Program-made: the position numbers and the translations under genes
Notes under the pieces: generated by a model
Seen by the model: only the letters and a program-made list of their open reading frames with translations
What the model was told of the DNA's origin: nothing
Database searches by the model: none
Shown: one piece after another, positions 24,931-40,111 of the stretch
Position numbering within the stretch: the stretch's first letter is position 1
Layout of the letters: each line of letters starts with the position of its first letter
Origin: Hydrolagus affinis
Taxonomy: Eukaryota
Length of the DNA: 60,400 nucleotides
Direction of reading: 5' to 3'
NCBI GenBank assembly: GCA_012026655.1
Contig: JAAILG010001904.1
Coordinates: 1 to 60,400, forward strand

Positions 24931-25089
24931 TCGTCCTCCCGACGTGAAAGGGTGCTCTTTAAACGTAATTTTGTTGTTGTAGTATGTAGCCTGTGCAATT
25001 TCCACGGCTTTCCTGATGAATTTCCTCCCTTGGGACGTCCTCCCGACGTGAAAGGCGCTTTATAAGTGTAATTTGTTGTTGTTGTTGTT
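24931..25089 (+). mobile_element. Two short L2 3' tails (24931-24981, 25028-25089)
   Basis: Both contain CGTCCTCCCGACGTGAAAGG...GTAATTT followed by (GTT)n. Confidence 0.85.
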
Positions 25090-26841
25090 TCTTTGCTTCC
25101 ATCCTATAATATTTCGAAAGTCCTGTTGTGTTACATTATATTTCTGTTACACGCTTACGTCTAGGAATAATAGAAAATGCAGACTGGTTTCTAATTGAGA
25201 ATCAAAAATAGAAATGAAGTAGTGTTTTTCTCTTCATTGTCTTCATTTGTTAAATCTACTAGCTACCTTCAAAATGACAAATCTGTGCCTGGTTTAGCGG
25301 TAAATGCAATAACGTTCAACACAAACATTACATAATTGCTTTAATTGGTTTGAAAAGTACTACGAGCAGAATTATGCAGCTCTGTCCTCTATCCCTCTCT
25401 CAGATTTGGTGATTAACAGCCAAAGGGTAAAAAGGAGAGGTCAGCAGTATGAGGTACAGTATGTAAAATCTATATTGCCTAGAGGTGCATACCTTCAAAA
25501 CAAATCTTCAAAATGTTATGGTGATTTTGTTTGCAAAATCAGCCAAAGATTATTGTGTTATTTGAAGCAATGAGGCATTGAACAAGTCACTGGTGGTACA
25601 TAGCTTCATGCTCATAAATTTAGTAGGTCAAGCAGCTCAGTGATCAAGGTTGGGCTGTTAGATAAATGCATTTGTTATCAGTCTGCAATGGATAAATAAG
25701 AAGTGAAACAATTTATGCCAACATCCTACCACTATGTAGGTAATGGATAAGGAGTCAGCCTTTATCTAGTTGTTGCCAAAAAAGCAAAGAAAATAAAACG
25801 AACTGCATACACATTAAACGAAACCAGGTGGTACTTGAAGTACACAGCATGCCTATCAGTCAGTGCCTGAAGGACAAATGTTAATCATTTGGTTTTGTCA
25901 CTTGCTGAGAACTGCAATGATTGGGCTGCATAAGATCAGATATCAAATGCTCAGAGATGTGATCCCACCAGAATGGCACTAAATAAATGTAAGTTGTTGT
26001 TGGAACACTGAAGGTAGAAAATTCAGCAGATTGAGAGCAGGATGTAAGGGCAGAAAAGCAAGCCACAGAGAAGATAGACTTGTGGACAGAACTGACATGG
26101 TCAACTGTTCCAATTTCCTCTCTCTGCAGAAATTCATTTTAGGTTCCTGAATATTGCATGGTGTTATGCCTTTTCTGTCCTCTGGGACCTTTACTCATAT
26201 CTAATCCAGACAAAGACGAGATGAGGAATGATTTTCCGTCCTTCTGCCATCCAGACACTGACCTACTGCAAATGCATAAGATGCCTCATAAGGCAATAAG
26301 ATCTCAGCTAGCCAATATTGATGGTGGTTCACATTTTCCGACACTGGCTTGAAATGATAATGACAAATTCCTGGTGTTGGCTCAAAAAGAACAATTAAGG
26401 CCATTATTGAGTTGGCAAATTCAATTACTTTTATCATGTTGCATTTCTGATCAATCCTACATTGTATGCACAGAGTGTTTGAAGTCAACTTTAGAGCAGC
26501 ACTAAATAGATATATAAAATGGCAAACCCATCAAAAGGATGATGTGACATTTGATTTTATTGTGGCAATCATTGCTAGTTTGCACGAAGAACTGGATAAA
26601 TCGAACACTGAAGGCAATGATAGTAATCGTGCAGGTCAGCAGACAAAATCTCCTGACGCACAATAAGATTCATAACCCTCTCTGATACCAGGTCACATGT
26701 TGACGCTCTCAATGTAGCACCATTCGTCCACATACACGATTGCACAGATTATCTAAAGATTCCAGAATGAAACACAACGCGTCAAATATTACACTATCCA
26801 TCTTACCATCTGTATAATTTCCTATTGCCTGAATATACTTC

Positions 26842-27006
26842 AATAATAATAATCCTTGCATTTGAGATAGCGCTTTTCACGTCTTATCGACGTCTCAAAG
26901 CGCTTCACAGAATATACTGTAAAGGGAATTGACTGTATATTTTGTGGGCGAAATGCGGCAGCTAATTGCACAAAGCAGTGTCTCACAAACTGTCGTAGAT
27001 TGAAAT
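26842..27006 (-). mobile_element. 5'-truncated Deu-type SINE
   Basis: AATAATAATCCTTGCATTTGAGATAGCGCTTTTCACGTC..., same family as 15478. Confidence 0.92.
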
Positions 27007-29366
27007 ATCTTCACTTCACTGGTCTAAATTTATAATTCATAGTGATTTAACTTTACTGTATAATGGGAAATTTCACCCCAAGTTTAGTGATCAGCAAAGA
27101 GTAAATTAATCCTAACCACCACAGATTCGCCCCTCAGGTGCTTTAATAATGTTTCTTGTTGCAATCTTATTAATGCCACTAAATATTTAACTTGCTTCCT
27201 GCCGAGTCTCCCTCTGGTTGGTGATATTTTCTATCACTAACTGGGATGAGAACATGTGGCATGTGATACCACTAGTGATTAATATATGAAACATAAAACA
27301 CATGTGTTCAAGGGGAGGGGAAAGAGAACAGTTCAACGATAACTAATCGTTACTTTTGACCATATTTTGGTCAATGTAATAAATACTGAAACAATATCAC
27401 ATATCACAGATACATTTTCTGGCATCTGGGTTGAGGAATGTGTGTACGGGTTGGAGGGGAGGTGAATGCCTAAAAACTATCACCATCACCTTTTCCCAGT
27501 AAAACCACTTTCCATACCATCGTGTTACAGTTCTCATCAATTACCTCTTTGAATCTGATGGATCACTGTCCATTAGATGTCTTTCAGGGATCAAGAGACA
27601 AATTTCCTACAGTGCTACATTCCAACGTGGGTGGAAGTTGAACGCACCGAGACAAATAGCAGTGTAAAATATTGAGCTACAACATCAAGAAACTCATACC
27701 CATGACAACTTTGTTTCGCCCCCCCCCCCTCCCGCTTTCTCTCCCCCCTCCTCCCCCACACGTAGTGCTTTAAATCTAGTTGTAACAACACAGTACCAAG
27801 CCCCAGCAGTGTACTCTGCTGGCACTAGTTACAAAGAACAGTGGAAACCTTTCTGTTTGACAGCCCCTGTGCTCCTCACCTTGCTGAACACGTACGCACA
27901 ACAACCGCAGTTGAAAAGAACAGTAACACCATTGAGCTATTATTCACCTCTCGATGAAAATTCACTCCCCTCCAACAAACTTTAATGGAAGTACTCGAGT
28001 ATTTAATAGGTTTGTCATTTTACTGTGACAAAAACAATACTGTGTTTAATTAAGGGACCAATCCATGACTGAACATTTTAAATGAGTGTATGCTGTCTCA
28101 CAAATAGTTCATTTAATTTGCATTCCAATACTGCAAGTTCTTATAGACGTCTCCCTCTATCTGACACAAAGAAACTCTCTGCTGATTTGCCAACATATAG
28201 AATTGGCTGAATAATCTGATGATGTTTCTTAGAAGTCAATGATGATTTGACCCAACAATTTAACAGTCCCACAAACAACCATGAAGGGAGAGATTACACA
28301 TATTTTTAAATTCAAGGAAAGAACATTAATTCTTAATGATGGCAGGGCTCCAACTCTCTCAAACTCTACTAGTACGAGAAGGTGCTGAGGAGAAAACAGG
28401 TGTCCCTTCAAAGGAAAAAAATATATATTAAAAGGAGAGGGATAACTGCGTTTCTCTCAAGCGTCTCCTAGCAACACACTTAGAGTGGCACTGGAGAGAC
28501 TGTGCAAGTCATTCCCTTCCTGTCTTTCAGCTGTGGGTTGTAATGGCTGCAGAGGAAAAGGAAGATTGTATGGTCATAAAATATGTGTTGCTTTAACTTG
28601 CCCTTTCTTTAAAAATACGGTATAAAAATCTCACAGCTAAAGTTCAGAAGTAAATTTCCCACCAGATGAAGTTAATGGAGGCATTCAAATTGGAGAACAA
28701 ATTGGGGAGTACATGGGGACAACTGCTGTGCAGATTCCACTGGCACAATGCTGTGTTTACTGCATTAGATGACAAAGGAGATGGGAGGAATGATAGAATT
28801 TAGCTAACTGCAGTATGTCAGACTAAGAGGGTAGGATGAATAGGGAAAGAATAAAAATCATCAGGAAAGTAAATACAGTATATGTAACAGTTGTTAAAAG
28901 AATTTGATAAGACAGCATAGTTGAAAGAATAGCTCGCTATCTGTATTCAGTAACAGAATGACATAAAACTGTATAATACAAGGAGAGAGGAAGACACATT
29001 GCTACTGGTTGTGCACCTATAAAAATAGACAGTCACTACACTTAACAGTAAATCCTAAGAGGCACTCTTATACATCCTCCCAACATAAAAAGGGTCTGTA
29101 TCAAATGCAAGGATTATTAACACTGTGAATTTTTTTGTGAGCTCGTAATAGACAATTATGGAAGACCCGTATGGAAAATAGTTACTTTCTATACATACAT
29201 GAAGACAAATATTACACTATTAATAAATTAATGTATTGATCACATTTCTGCTTTCTGTAGTAGTTTTCTATTCATTTGCCTCCTGTAAATCTTTCCTGTT
29301 TCAAGATTAAAACCTGTTGAACTACTGTTCTTAGCTACTCCATTTCTATGCAAGTTTTGGCACAAT

Positions 29367-29571
29367 CTAATAATAATCCGCCCCCCCACCAAAATTAGTC
29401 ACTCAATCCAACGACTGTGTAGGACATTACTATGCTTAATTGACTGCTACGTTTCACCCATAAATATACAGTCAATTAACTTTACCATATATGCTGTGAA
29501 ATGCTTTGAGACGTCTAGAAGACATGAAAAGTGCTATAACAAATGCAAGGATTATTATTATTATTATTATT
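29367..29571 (+). mobile_element. 5'-truncated Deu-type SINE
   Basis: Family 3' half with a (TTA)n tail. Confidence 0.9.
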
Positions 29572-30460
29572 GATCCACACATAATGTTTCTCGGCAATTT
29601 TACATGCTTTTCATTAGTTCTGAACTCACAAATGGAAAGAATAGCACACAAATGAGCCATAATGGAGCTAAGTGTAATTCACAATATTTCCATTCAAATG
29701 ATCAATAGACATTACTTATAGTGCAAATGGTTAGCAAATGGTTCAAGGTTATTCACAATATGAAACAGTGAGCAGTTTTAACAAACTTGAATCTACTAAC
29801 ATTATGGAGAAGAATCTAAATTACATCCAACTGACGAGAGCCCGAGTTTCCTCATTTCTGCCCTATTTGAGCCATTCCATACAAATCGTCTAACAGGATT
29901 TGTACAGCATTAAGTATCAACTTGGCTAGAACAGTGCATAGATTTGTACTCAATCAATTGACATTGTTATCTGCTCTGAGGAAACAAATGAAACACTTAT
30001 AGCTGTTTTTCATACAGCGACTGTCTATAACTGCTACCCTTTTATATTTGTACTGGTATGTAGCAATAAAGGAGCTTTTCATTTAGAAATCCTGTAGGAT
30101 TTCCAGACAGAGAGAGAGAGTGAGAGGACAGCCTGTGTGCAAGTCTGTGACTATTGAAAGTCCCATTTCCTCACGCTGTGCTCACTGCTTTGTGTCCAGT
30201 TACTGAATAAAAAATGCCAGGTTAGAAAAATATAAAGCATTATTGAGATGTTTGAACATACCTGCTGTGACAAATGGCCCTCTTTGCACTCTGAACATGT
30301 CAGACAAGGAATGAATTGGTCATTCAGGTAATGTACCTGGAATGAAGCCCATGCGACATATTATATTGTGTAGGCAGATTAGATTTTTAACCAGGTGATA
30401 AATCAGGTGACACAAGGCAAAACTCAATAAGGCGATGCGTACAGTTAGTTGCAACAGAGT

Positions 30461-30518
30461 ATAATAATAATCCTTGCATTTGATATAGCGCTTTTCATGT
30501 CTTCTAGATGTCTCAAAG
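30461..30518 (-). mobile_element. SINE tail fragment
   Basis: ATAATAATAATCCTTGCATTTGATATAGCGCTTTTCATGTCTTCTAGATGTCTCAAAG. Confidence 0.85.
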
Positions 30519-30599
30519 TAAATGCTTATGTGTATAAGGAGATACAACAGCTAAAGAAACTATTCATCTTCAAAAAGTGTATTAACTGCCTACTATTTA

Positions 30600-30730
30600 C
30601 GGAGGGATTGCTATGCACAAACTGGCTGCCATCTATTCACCTATAATGCAGTCACTACACTTAACAGTAAATCCTGTGAAGCACTTTGAGATGTCATCTC
30701 AACAAGAAAGGTCTATATCCAGTGCAAACA
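30600..30730 (+). mobile_element. Old Deu-type SINE 3' fragment (related copy at about 29003-29118)
   Basis: Shares CAGTCACTACACTTAACAGTAAATCCT with 29030-29056. Confidence 0.65.
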
Positions 30731-31935
30731 TAATATTGTATTAGATTGCAGTCAGTAACCATCTATTTGTTTTCTACAGAAAGATTCAGAAATACAAAGA
30801 TAATTTTGTTTGAATTCTAGCATTTTATTTTCTACCCTTTCATCACTTGGAATAGTCTGCCAAAGCTAAATAGAATTCCTATTCGTGCCCAAGTTGATAT
30901 CACTGCATTTGTTAGCCAACTAGTAGAAGTGAACCGAAGAAGCCAAGTCTGATCAGCCCTCAATTCCACTATGAAAAACGACTGGCACCAATTAGTACCT
31001 TTCTGTATATTGTAGTTCAGTTATTAACACTATATATGTATTGAGCATTGTGGCACAAACTCAACTGTCATTGCAAAACAGAACATACTTAACTTCCAAT
31101 GTGCTCTCCTCTATGGCAGCTTATAGCACTTATAATACTGCTGCTATTAGACATCAATATTGTAATGACAGATCCAAACTAGAGACAGATACAACAACTG
31201 CAACATATACAGTATTTATATAGCGGGGTTCACATGGGGTGGTGTCTTGGGAGTCTTATATCATTAGTATTGTTATAACCTGTTCGAAGGAGAATATGAA
31301 TCACAAGGTAACAAAAGTTTAGGATGAATAGATCCTTCTGGCCAAATTTCATCTCATCTTTCTGCCATTCTAACTGGAGTCTTCTCATTACATCAAACAG
31401 CAAATTGAGAAAAGAAAATGTTGAACCATCAAACTTTCACTGAAGGAGAACACTTGTAACTTTTGACCAATAGCAATTAGGCTGGGTTATTGATGATAAC
31501 CCATTGACTCTAGAGATTGTGTAACACAGTTTTGAAAGGAAACGTTTAGAACTAAAACACAAAAGTTCTTTGAAATAGAGACTGTTCCACAATGTGTATT
31601 CTGAAGCCATTAAAGCTTCTGCTACAAAGGACTAGGACTTAAGTTACAATGTGCAATGGAAGTAACAGAATGAGCAGCACAAAATGGATTTCACTTCACT
31701 GCTGTGGCTACATAAATTACCCAGTGAATTCCAGTTTAACCCACTTTTATAAGATGAGGTTCCACAAGCTTTCCAGTCAGATCACCTGGATGAAAAGTGA
31801 CCTGTTAAGTGCAGGAACTTGAGTCAATGCGATCACTGTACAAAGATACATTTATTCAGTATCGAGGTCTCTATTATTTTCCAGATGGGAAAGTCACTCT
31901 TTGCTGAATTTACTGCAACGAACTAATATACTACA

Positions 31936-32243
31936 ATAATAGTAATAATAATAAGTCCTTCCATTTGATATAGCGCTTTTCACATCTTCTAGACTTCTCA
32001 AAGCATTTCACAGAATATACTATAAAGTGAATCGACTGTGGGTGAAACGCGGCAGCCAATTGCGCACAGCAGTGTCCCACAAACAGTCATAAATTGAAAT
32101 GACCAATTTTTTTTTGAGGGATTGTTATTAGATGTGTGGAGGAAGGAAACTTGCCCAAGGTTTCTCCCAGACCTGTCTGGAATCGAACCCAGATCTCTCG
32201 TTTGTAACGCGAGTGCTCTAACAACTGAGCTACAGGACTTCAC
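31936..32243 (-). mobile_element. Full-length tRNA-headed Deu-type SINE
   Basis: Head GTGAAGTCCTGTAGCTCAGTTGTTAGAGCAC...GGTTCGATTCC, followed by body and tail. Confidence 0.95.
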
Positions 32244-34248
32244 AGATTAATTTCATGCTGTTCAATGGTTTCACAATGCATGGACAATGGACTTCATTGC
32301 TGTCATGTTTTTAAAAAGACAAGCATGTTTAAGGAGGTTATAAAGGATCACATTTCTGTACATATCTCAAGGTAATGACTACAAGTCAAAATCTGTCTTG
32401 TTTATTCCATTAATTCCTCTTCTGATTCCCTGCTATTGTGGTCATCGTCAATCAAAAATACCTGTCTGTACAACACACAAACAGATTAGAACAGTTTCAA
32501 CGTACAATTGTTTTCATGTCATGGCACACAGCGTGGCATTTTTACACAACTCTCTAGACATCAAATATGTGCTTAAACTAAAGTACGTAGTCTAAACCTT
32601 CTCACAGGTAAGCAAACTTGTTTCATATTCAGCACTATCAACTCCCAGCGTGATTCTACTCCTTGTGAATGAAAGTACAAAACATTAATATAATAATCCT
32701 TGCCTCTCAAAACACTTCACAGAATTTACCGTAACATGAAATTACTGTATATTTTATGAAATGAAACCGTGGTTCCATTTCAATCTGTATACTGTACCAC
32801 ACACATATAAACTGTGAAATTACAGATATTTCCATCACCAAGTCTTCAATAAACAACCAGCTGTGCCAAACCAGATTCATTGTGCAGAGCTCAAATATCT
32901 GTTGTTAAATATTTATTGCCCTTTCAGTATTCTATTCAATTATTATATGGGAAACAAAACAAATGCAATCAAGATTAATTTCTCAATGTAGAAACCACAA
33001 GCAACACTATTTAAACAAGCATTTCTCTAAATACATGCTTAAACTAAGAAAGTCAAATCTAAAGCACAAAAGAAGATCACATGAATTTTTTTTTAAAAAA
33101 GACACGGCAGTATACAATGTTTCTTATCTCTGATTACTGACAACCACATTATGGTCTCAATGAGAAAATGACATACAACACCATTAAGAAGCAGCTCAAT
33201 CTTGCAACAGATGAATCTGTCTCCCTTCCTTGTTTTCATTCGCTGCCAGTTTTCATTCCGACTTTGCTCCAGTCGTTTCTGCAGGTGGCCTGTGGATCAT
33301 TATGCCTGAGCTTCTTAATAATATCACAGCTTGTAGAAACTAATTTCCTTCCACTTTGAACATATGACTGAGCAGGTGTCTGCCTAATCACTTCAAGCAA
33401 TTCCTTTGTGGCCGTCAGCTGTTTTACCATCAGCCCTGCTCACATGGTCTTGCAGCAAATTCCAGTAGTCAGCAAAGTAATGTGCATCAATTAACCTGGT
33501 CATTAACTTTGGTGTACCATTTTGCACTCTAGAGTACTTTCAGTGTACAATATGATCATTTGTCTTCAATTTTGTAACCAAGCAAATCTCTCACGTGGAA
33601 CAATTATATTTTTGGTTCACCGTTCCAAATAGTTGAGTTGATGAATATCAACTCATTCACTGGATTCAAGGCATTTCTTCCACATCAAGTCCTGCCTGGT
33701 GGTATCCTTGCTGCTTCCTTGTAATGAACATAGGGTCATTACTTCTGTTTTTCTGGCATCGAGCTCCAGTCAGCATGCTATTATTTCTTCCCCTATGAGT
33801 CATGGTCAGTCAGTGCACTTTGACAGATTTGTCTGTGCATTGTATATGCATTATAAATCTTGCCTTGTGTAGAATAGGGCTCAGGAGAATTTTGAACAAA
33901 GTATGCTGTATGGCACAACATATCTGAAATGTGCCCTCACGTGAAATTACAATCGTAATTGTAACTAGTTTCTGACCACTCATAAAACTCTTATAATTGC
34001 AACGCCGTTATCACTCCCTTCAGCGTTAGATGATTTTGTGAGTCTGTGCAAAATAAGAATGGGAAAATCACATAAACTTAATTGGCACATAAAATGTTGT
34101 CCTCACAGCAAAAAGTTTTGATTCTTAAAAAATAATGAACCTTGTACTTGACGTAGTGAGTTTTGTATAAGGAAGAGGTCTCAAAGCATTTCACAGAATT
34201 TAAAGTATTTTGATTGTGACCTTTATGGGTGAACACCTTCCATCCTCG

Positions 34249-34348
34249 AATAATAATGCTGGAATTTGATACAGCGCCTTTTCACGTCTTTGAGACATCT
34301 CCAAGCGCTTCACAGAATACACTGTGAAGTGAATTGACTGTATATTTT
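34249..34348 (-). mobile_element. SINE 3' fragment
   Basis: AAGCGCTTCACAGAATACACTGTGAAGTGAATTGACTGTATATTT. Confidence 0.8.
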
Positions 34349-37300
34349 GCAGGAAAAGAGTGCACACTTTAACAACAGATAAACGGAAATCATGCTAGCA
34401 TGGAACTCAGTTCGTTGGTTTGGAGACACTATTTGATACCTGCTTACAATACTGATACCTGCTTATGTTGGCTGCTTACAATTTTCTTTGAAATCTCTCA
34501 GCATTTAACAGTCCCACTCTTCGACAATCAATCCAGAACAATAAGCAAAATTTTAGCAACACATTTCTACCAAACCTGCAATCATTTCTCTAGCGCTCAT
34601 TAGCTCACTATACTTCCTTCAATTCAACAATCAGGTACATTTTTAAGTTTCTCCAGTGTTTGAGGGATTGCAGAATGTTTTTTCCACCTCAGTAAGATAG
34701 AGGGCCTTGAGCGATCAAGAGTTTACCAGATCCTGTCCTTTTTGCACCAAATGTTACGCACTTTAAACACACAGAACAAACCAACATTAATCACTGGTTC
34801 CACACATTTTGTTCTTTGCTAGAATTTAATTCCAACTTTTCACATGCTGGGCTCTTACCTTCTCTTCCACATCTTGCCTTTGATCTTTAACCTTTTCACC
34901 TCTCCATTTTTCAATTTATTAAACTCAATGAGACCAAAAAACCATGTAAAAGCTATTTGATTTTTGAGCTTAACAGAATACTGTATAATATATCATCGTC
35001 TAGACAAAGCTGTCATGATTTCAGATTTGCTCATAGTTTTATACTGACCAGAGCATTGACTCTTGTGACTAAGATGAACATTTTGGAACAAGAGCAAAGG
35101 TGGGAATTAATGTTAAACTGGTCAAATAATGAATAGAATAAGTTACTACCACCCAAAAAGTTTAGAATAGATTAATTAAAATAGTTAGTTCTCATATCAA
35201 ATAATACACTTCTGAATTTCTACAAAAACTGTTTATTGTAAATGTTCCATTTAAAATAGTATTTTGATATCTAGAACAAATTTACATTAAGTGGAAAATA
35301 TTTATTTTTTAATCTTTTTTTTCAAATCTCTTCACTTGTTATTGAATTCCACAGCAGATAAATAGTCTTAGGTTCATTCTGCTTGTGCTGGCACATGTCT
35401 ATGTAGCTTTAGGAAGCCATGGATACAGTTAGGAATCCTCCCATATACACTAATCCACACCTGGCATATGGTAGGATTTACAGTTCAAGTCAACCCCACC
35501 CTGAGTGCGTCCTGTCCATGAAAGTGAATCAGTTTGCACTTCAGAGATCTGAGGGGCTGCTTGCATCAAGAGCAGTTTGGAGTATTCCTGTGGGGAGGCA
35601 GAAACACCCTGGCTTGTCTTCTGAATAGACAGAATAGGTTATAATAATGTCACTTTGTGATAATCAAAGCACTGAAAGTACTGAATGGCACCAAAGCACA
35701 AACAAAACAGTTCACTCCTCTGAGCAATACAGTACAGTATCACTCCCTGAGCTGAAGTGGTGAAATGGCCCGGCCCTAATCACTAACCTTTCAAACACTA
35801 AGCTATGGGTTTGAAGCAGCAATTCCCCACAAACAAGCTGCAGTTTTTCCCATTGTACATTCAGGGGTGAGGCACTTTCCCACAGGAAGGGTGAGAACCG
35901 AGTGGGTGCATTTCCTCAGGCTGTAATCAAATCCCTCTGATTCCCAGCCAAGGAGTGGCAGTGTGAGGAGACTACTTTCCCAACTTCTTTTCAATACTGT
36001 ACAGCAGTAATATCTAATACACAGCGAATTGTATAAGTAAAGCAGGTAGGAGTGTTGGAACTTGCATGGAGTTGCTGGTATCAGATTCACTGCAGATTGC
36101 TTCAAATCATCTAATGGACAATTCTTCAGTAACCACAATCCATGTTACAGTACATTGTTTATTTCGGTGAGCAGTGCCTGACGCATGTGAAAACCCATTA
36201 CCGTGTGCTTAAGGGTATCCGAACCAGACTGAGAGTTCTGCATATGTATGCCATTTACATTTATCTTAAGAGTACTTTGATATTGGCTTTCAAGGATCAC
36301 TTGAAACTGGTATTCAAAGCTTGATTTTTTGTACGGTAAAAGTTTAACCCTTATACACTAAGGCTTAGAGCATTTGTGTGGCTCAGATATGCTCTCTTAA
36401 CCATGTGTAATCTTTCTGTGGGAACCAACGACACGTTGATTTGATCTTAGTAATATTATTACTATAATATTAGATTTTCTTCTGTCTCAGTGCATGAGCT
36501 GAGAAAAACCCATGTTTGCGACTGTCTCCATAGTTTTGGTGGCAGACATAAAAATTAAAAGTTGGCTATTCATGTTTAATTAATACAACCAACATCTTCA
36601 ACTTTTGTGTTCACATACTAATATAAACACGTTCTTTATATTGTGTGTGAAATTGTTATAATGTGCAAAAGTACTCAGTGCCCAAATTTTCCAGGTTACC
36701 TTCTGTATCTCTGAGTCCTGGTAATGTTAGATTCATCATCCTTGCATATGATATAGTACTTTTCATTTGGGGAGAATATTTCAAAGTGCTTCACAAGATA
36801 TACTGTAAAGTAGAATGACTGTGTCATTTGTCAGGAAACTCACAAATGCAGAATGTATTACACTGAGCTTGGACAAAATATAACCAAGTGAGCTTCTACT
36901 TCCATTCATTTTCCTATCTAATCTTAAATAAATATACAGACAACTGATATTAAAGACCTAAATTTATTTTATTACAAATTTATTAGCTAGATCTCCTATA
37001 AGAACATCAGACTCCAGTTTCAACCTCTGACTTAAACAATCGGCAGATGTCATTATCAGTTAGTGACATTATTCTAGATAAATGGTCTAGTATTTTCCCG
37101 GAAATTAGGTTACTCTTCAAATGCAATTCCATATATTGCAGATAGCCATTCATGTTTGGATAGACCAACAGGAAATAGCATGGATGAATACAAACCCAAC
37201 ATTATATAAAAAGAGTGTCAGAGTCAAACCACCAACTATTTCACAAGATGTAGCTCTAGACTCACCGATAAATAGGCAGGGAATGGAGTTTGAATGAAAA

Positions 37301-38383
37301 CACAGGTGGCTGAGAAAAATCATCAGTGAACTGGCAGTGTCTCCACTGTAGTACCACTGAAGTCACAGTATAAAAGCAGCATTAGCCAATCTTAGTCAGA
37401 GCAAATATGAGCAGGATTACCTTTGTCTTAAGACCCTAGGGTGGGGCTGGGGGTGGGGGGTGGGAAATCAACATTTTCAAGAGATTGAAAGCAAAAAAGG
37501 TCATAGCTCATTCATTAGATATGTCACTCAATTTTTAAAAAAATCTGTCTAATGGTTATTTATCTTTTCTCTATTGTGGATTCTCTATTTAACATTGCAC
37601 AAGGTTGTAATTCAATAGACTAGGAGGTCAAGCATGTTATAAGATGGTAATGTACTTAACATAAGTACAGAAGTTCCTGGAGTCATGCCAGCAAATGGTA
37701 TTTGCTTAACAGAGGGAGGTGACAGAATATGCACTGAGCTGCTGTACATTGTGGCTGCGAGTTAAACTGCAATAATGACTGCGAGTCTAGCTAATGCTCA
37801 TCTATTATCCTTTTGTTAGACTTCAATCTATCAACCATGGCCAGAAATTAAACCGATCCAAAATATCACATGCATCATTACAATTACTTTGTTAGGCTAA
37901 TTATATCATCAAACTGCAAAATTGTTCTTATGTTCTCAGTCTCAGACAGGTAAAGAGTAACATTTGCACTTTTAGCCATAGTTAGAAACCCTTCTACTTT
38001 TAACACTGAAAACACATTTAGTGAGAGGAAGTAAAGCACTTGAAATGCAAATGTTTTAAATACTGTACAAAGGTGGAAACATCAGTTTCGAGAAGGCACA
38101 TATTGTGATTTATTGATCAGGTAGCATGTTGACGCTGAACAGTACTTTTGCAGAACACTCTATTGCAATTACTGACCATGAAAATAGAATAATAATCCTT
38201 GCATTTATCCTGGTACCTAACATTGAGAATTTCTCTCAAAGTGTTTCTGCTATGAATTGATAGAACTATCTATTTGTCAGTGAATACAGCAGACAATTTG
38301 CATGCAGCCATGTACATAGAATTAGTCTGATCAATGGGATCCAAAGAAGCAAATTGGCTCAATTTAAGCTACAGTGGATGCTG

Positions 38384-38576
38384 ATAATGATCCCTCAAGA
38401 AAAAAATTGGCTCATTTCAATCTACGACTGTTTGTGGGACACTGCTGTGCACAATCGGCTGCTGCGTTTCGCCCACCAACATAGTCAGTTCACTTTACAG
38501 TATATTCTGTGAAGCCTTGAGATGTTTAGAAGACATGAAAAGTGCTCAAACAAATGCAGGGATTATTATTATTATT
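38384..38576 (+). mobile_element. 5'-truncated Deu-type SINE
   Basis: Family 3' half with a (TTA)n tail. Confidence 0.9.
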
Positions 38577-39961
38577 CTCTGTAAATTATATACTGTGCAT
38601 TCTACAAATGTACAATCATGTTCTTATGTGACAGAATGACTGATTTATCCTCACTCTTGGGATGGTGGGGTGTGCGGGGGGAGAAAGCATTGCATTACAA
38701 TTTATGATTTAGAATAAACACAACCCAACCATCCCCAAAAGTCGACTGACTTTTTTTTTCATCTTAATCTCAAAAGAGATTGTGCGAGTGTGGACGCAAT
38801 AAAAACCTGGTTTATACTGCAGGCCAAATGGTATCGATTCCATTCCATTGTTCCACTTCATTTCCCAATCAATCTTAATTTGGGAAACCCAATGAGAGGT
38901 TTCTTTATGTGAAAGCCGCTAGAGAAATGCAAGTTGCTATTGTACACACAACCACGCTGGGATTTGAGTCAATGCCCACACCCCCCCCACCCCCACTAAA
39001 ATTGGATTTCTGAAACCACACTGAATCAACACTAATCGAGCAAGTATTAATGGGACACAAGTTCCACTTCACAGAATACATCAGCTGTCAGTGTATATTA
39101 CAGTACTGAACAATACAGTACCTATCTCACTAATCACTGGTGTGTGTGTGTGTATATATATATAAGACAGTACAATCTATATACCGAGGATTGTGTCCCA
39201 ACGTGTGTAAAACTAGTGTCTCCCAAAGGCCAATATCATGTCGGTGACATGCCTAGCACCACATTAGAAAAGGGACAGATTAAGAAAAACAATTTACATT
39301 GTGAGATCGATCGACACTTAGGTTCGCGTGTGGCGGTGTTAAAGTGGACCCCCAAAAAATCACTTGGATTTTCCGTCTGTGACTGAGGATCAGAAACACC
39401 AGCCACATATTTTTGGGTGGGGGTTATTGGGGGTGGGGGGAGAGTTTCTGCGAACACAAGTAAATCATCCATATTCACCACATCCAGCACCATTCCCGAC
39501 CAAAGCCCACATGAAACACTATCTACACAAAGCTACTAAAGTATACATCACAACCCCCCCCACCACCCCACCACCCTGCACCTCCCCACCACCACCAAAA
39601 CGCCACTGTGTCAAGCAAAGGAACCTTATGAAAAGTTAACCCACCCCAAACAAAAAAAGAGGATCAGACACACACACACATACACCACATGTCGGTTTTA
39701 AATGGTTAAAACATTTGCTCATTGTTACAGATTTCATTCATTCATTCATTCGTTCACTTCATTCATTTTCTATTGGGAGAGCAAACACATCAAGGCAAAG
39801 TGAGCTAACTCCACTCTCTTCAAAATGTACAGTGAAGTTGGCAGTTCTCTGGTGCTTTCTTTACCCTCTGATTGATCTCTGGGTTCGAAGACTATTCGAG
39901 GGTGTTTGTTGGCAAATCTTACTTTACCCCCCACCCTCCCCACCCCCACCCACTTACTTAC

Positions 39962-40111
39962 ACTTGGCGAACCAGATCCGCTTCTGTCCTCACTTGCTCT
40001 TCACATGACTTGATGGCGAAGACTGGACTGGCAACGAAGGCTTTGGGATCTCATTTGTTACTTACTCACTGACTCACTGATCCCTTGGGCTGCTCGGGTT
40101 TGCTGTTCAGC
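39962..40111 (-). other. Putative 5'UTR exon of an unidentified minus-strand gene
   Basis: Pyrimidine tract ending TTTCTCAAG| at 40112; donors GTAAGT at 39961 and 39957, plus internal GTGAGT/GTAAGT at 40077, 40069 and 40065; contains the short ORF MRSQSLRCQSSLRHQVM*. Confidence 0.45.

Noticed and set aside
24613-25005. 130-aa ORF as a host gene
   Set aside because: It is the CR1 ORF2 C-terminus fused by chance to an antisense L2 tail.
33168-33430. Coding-looking stretch (MVKQLTATKELLEV...)
   Set aside because: No homology recognised and no convincing flanking splice sites.
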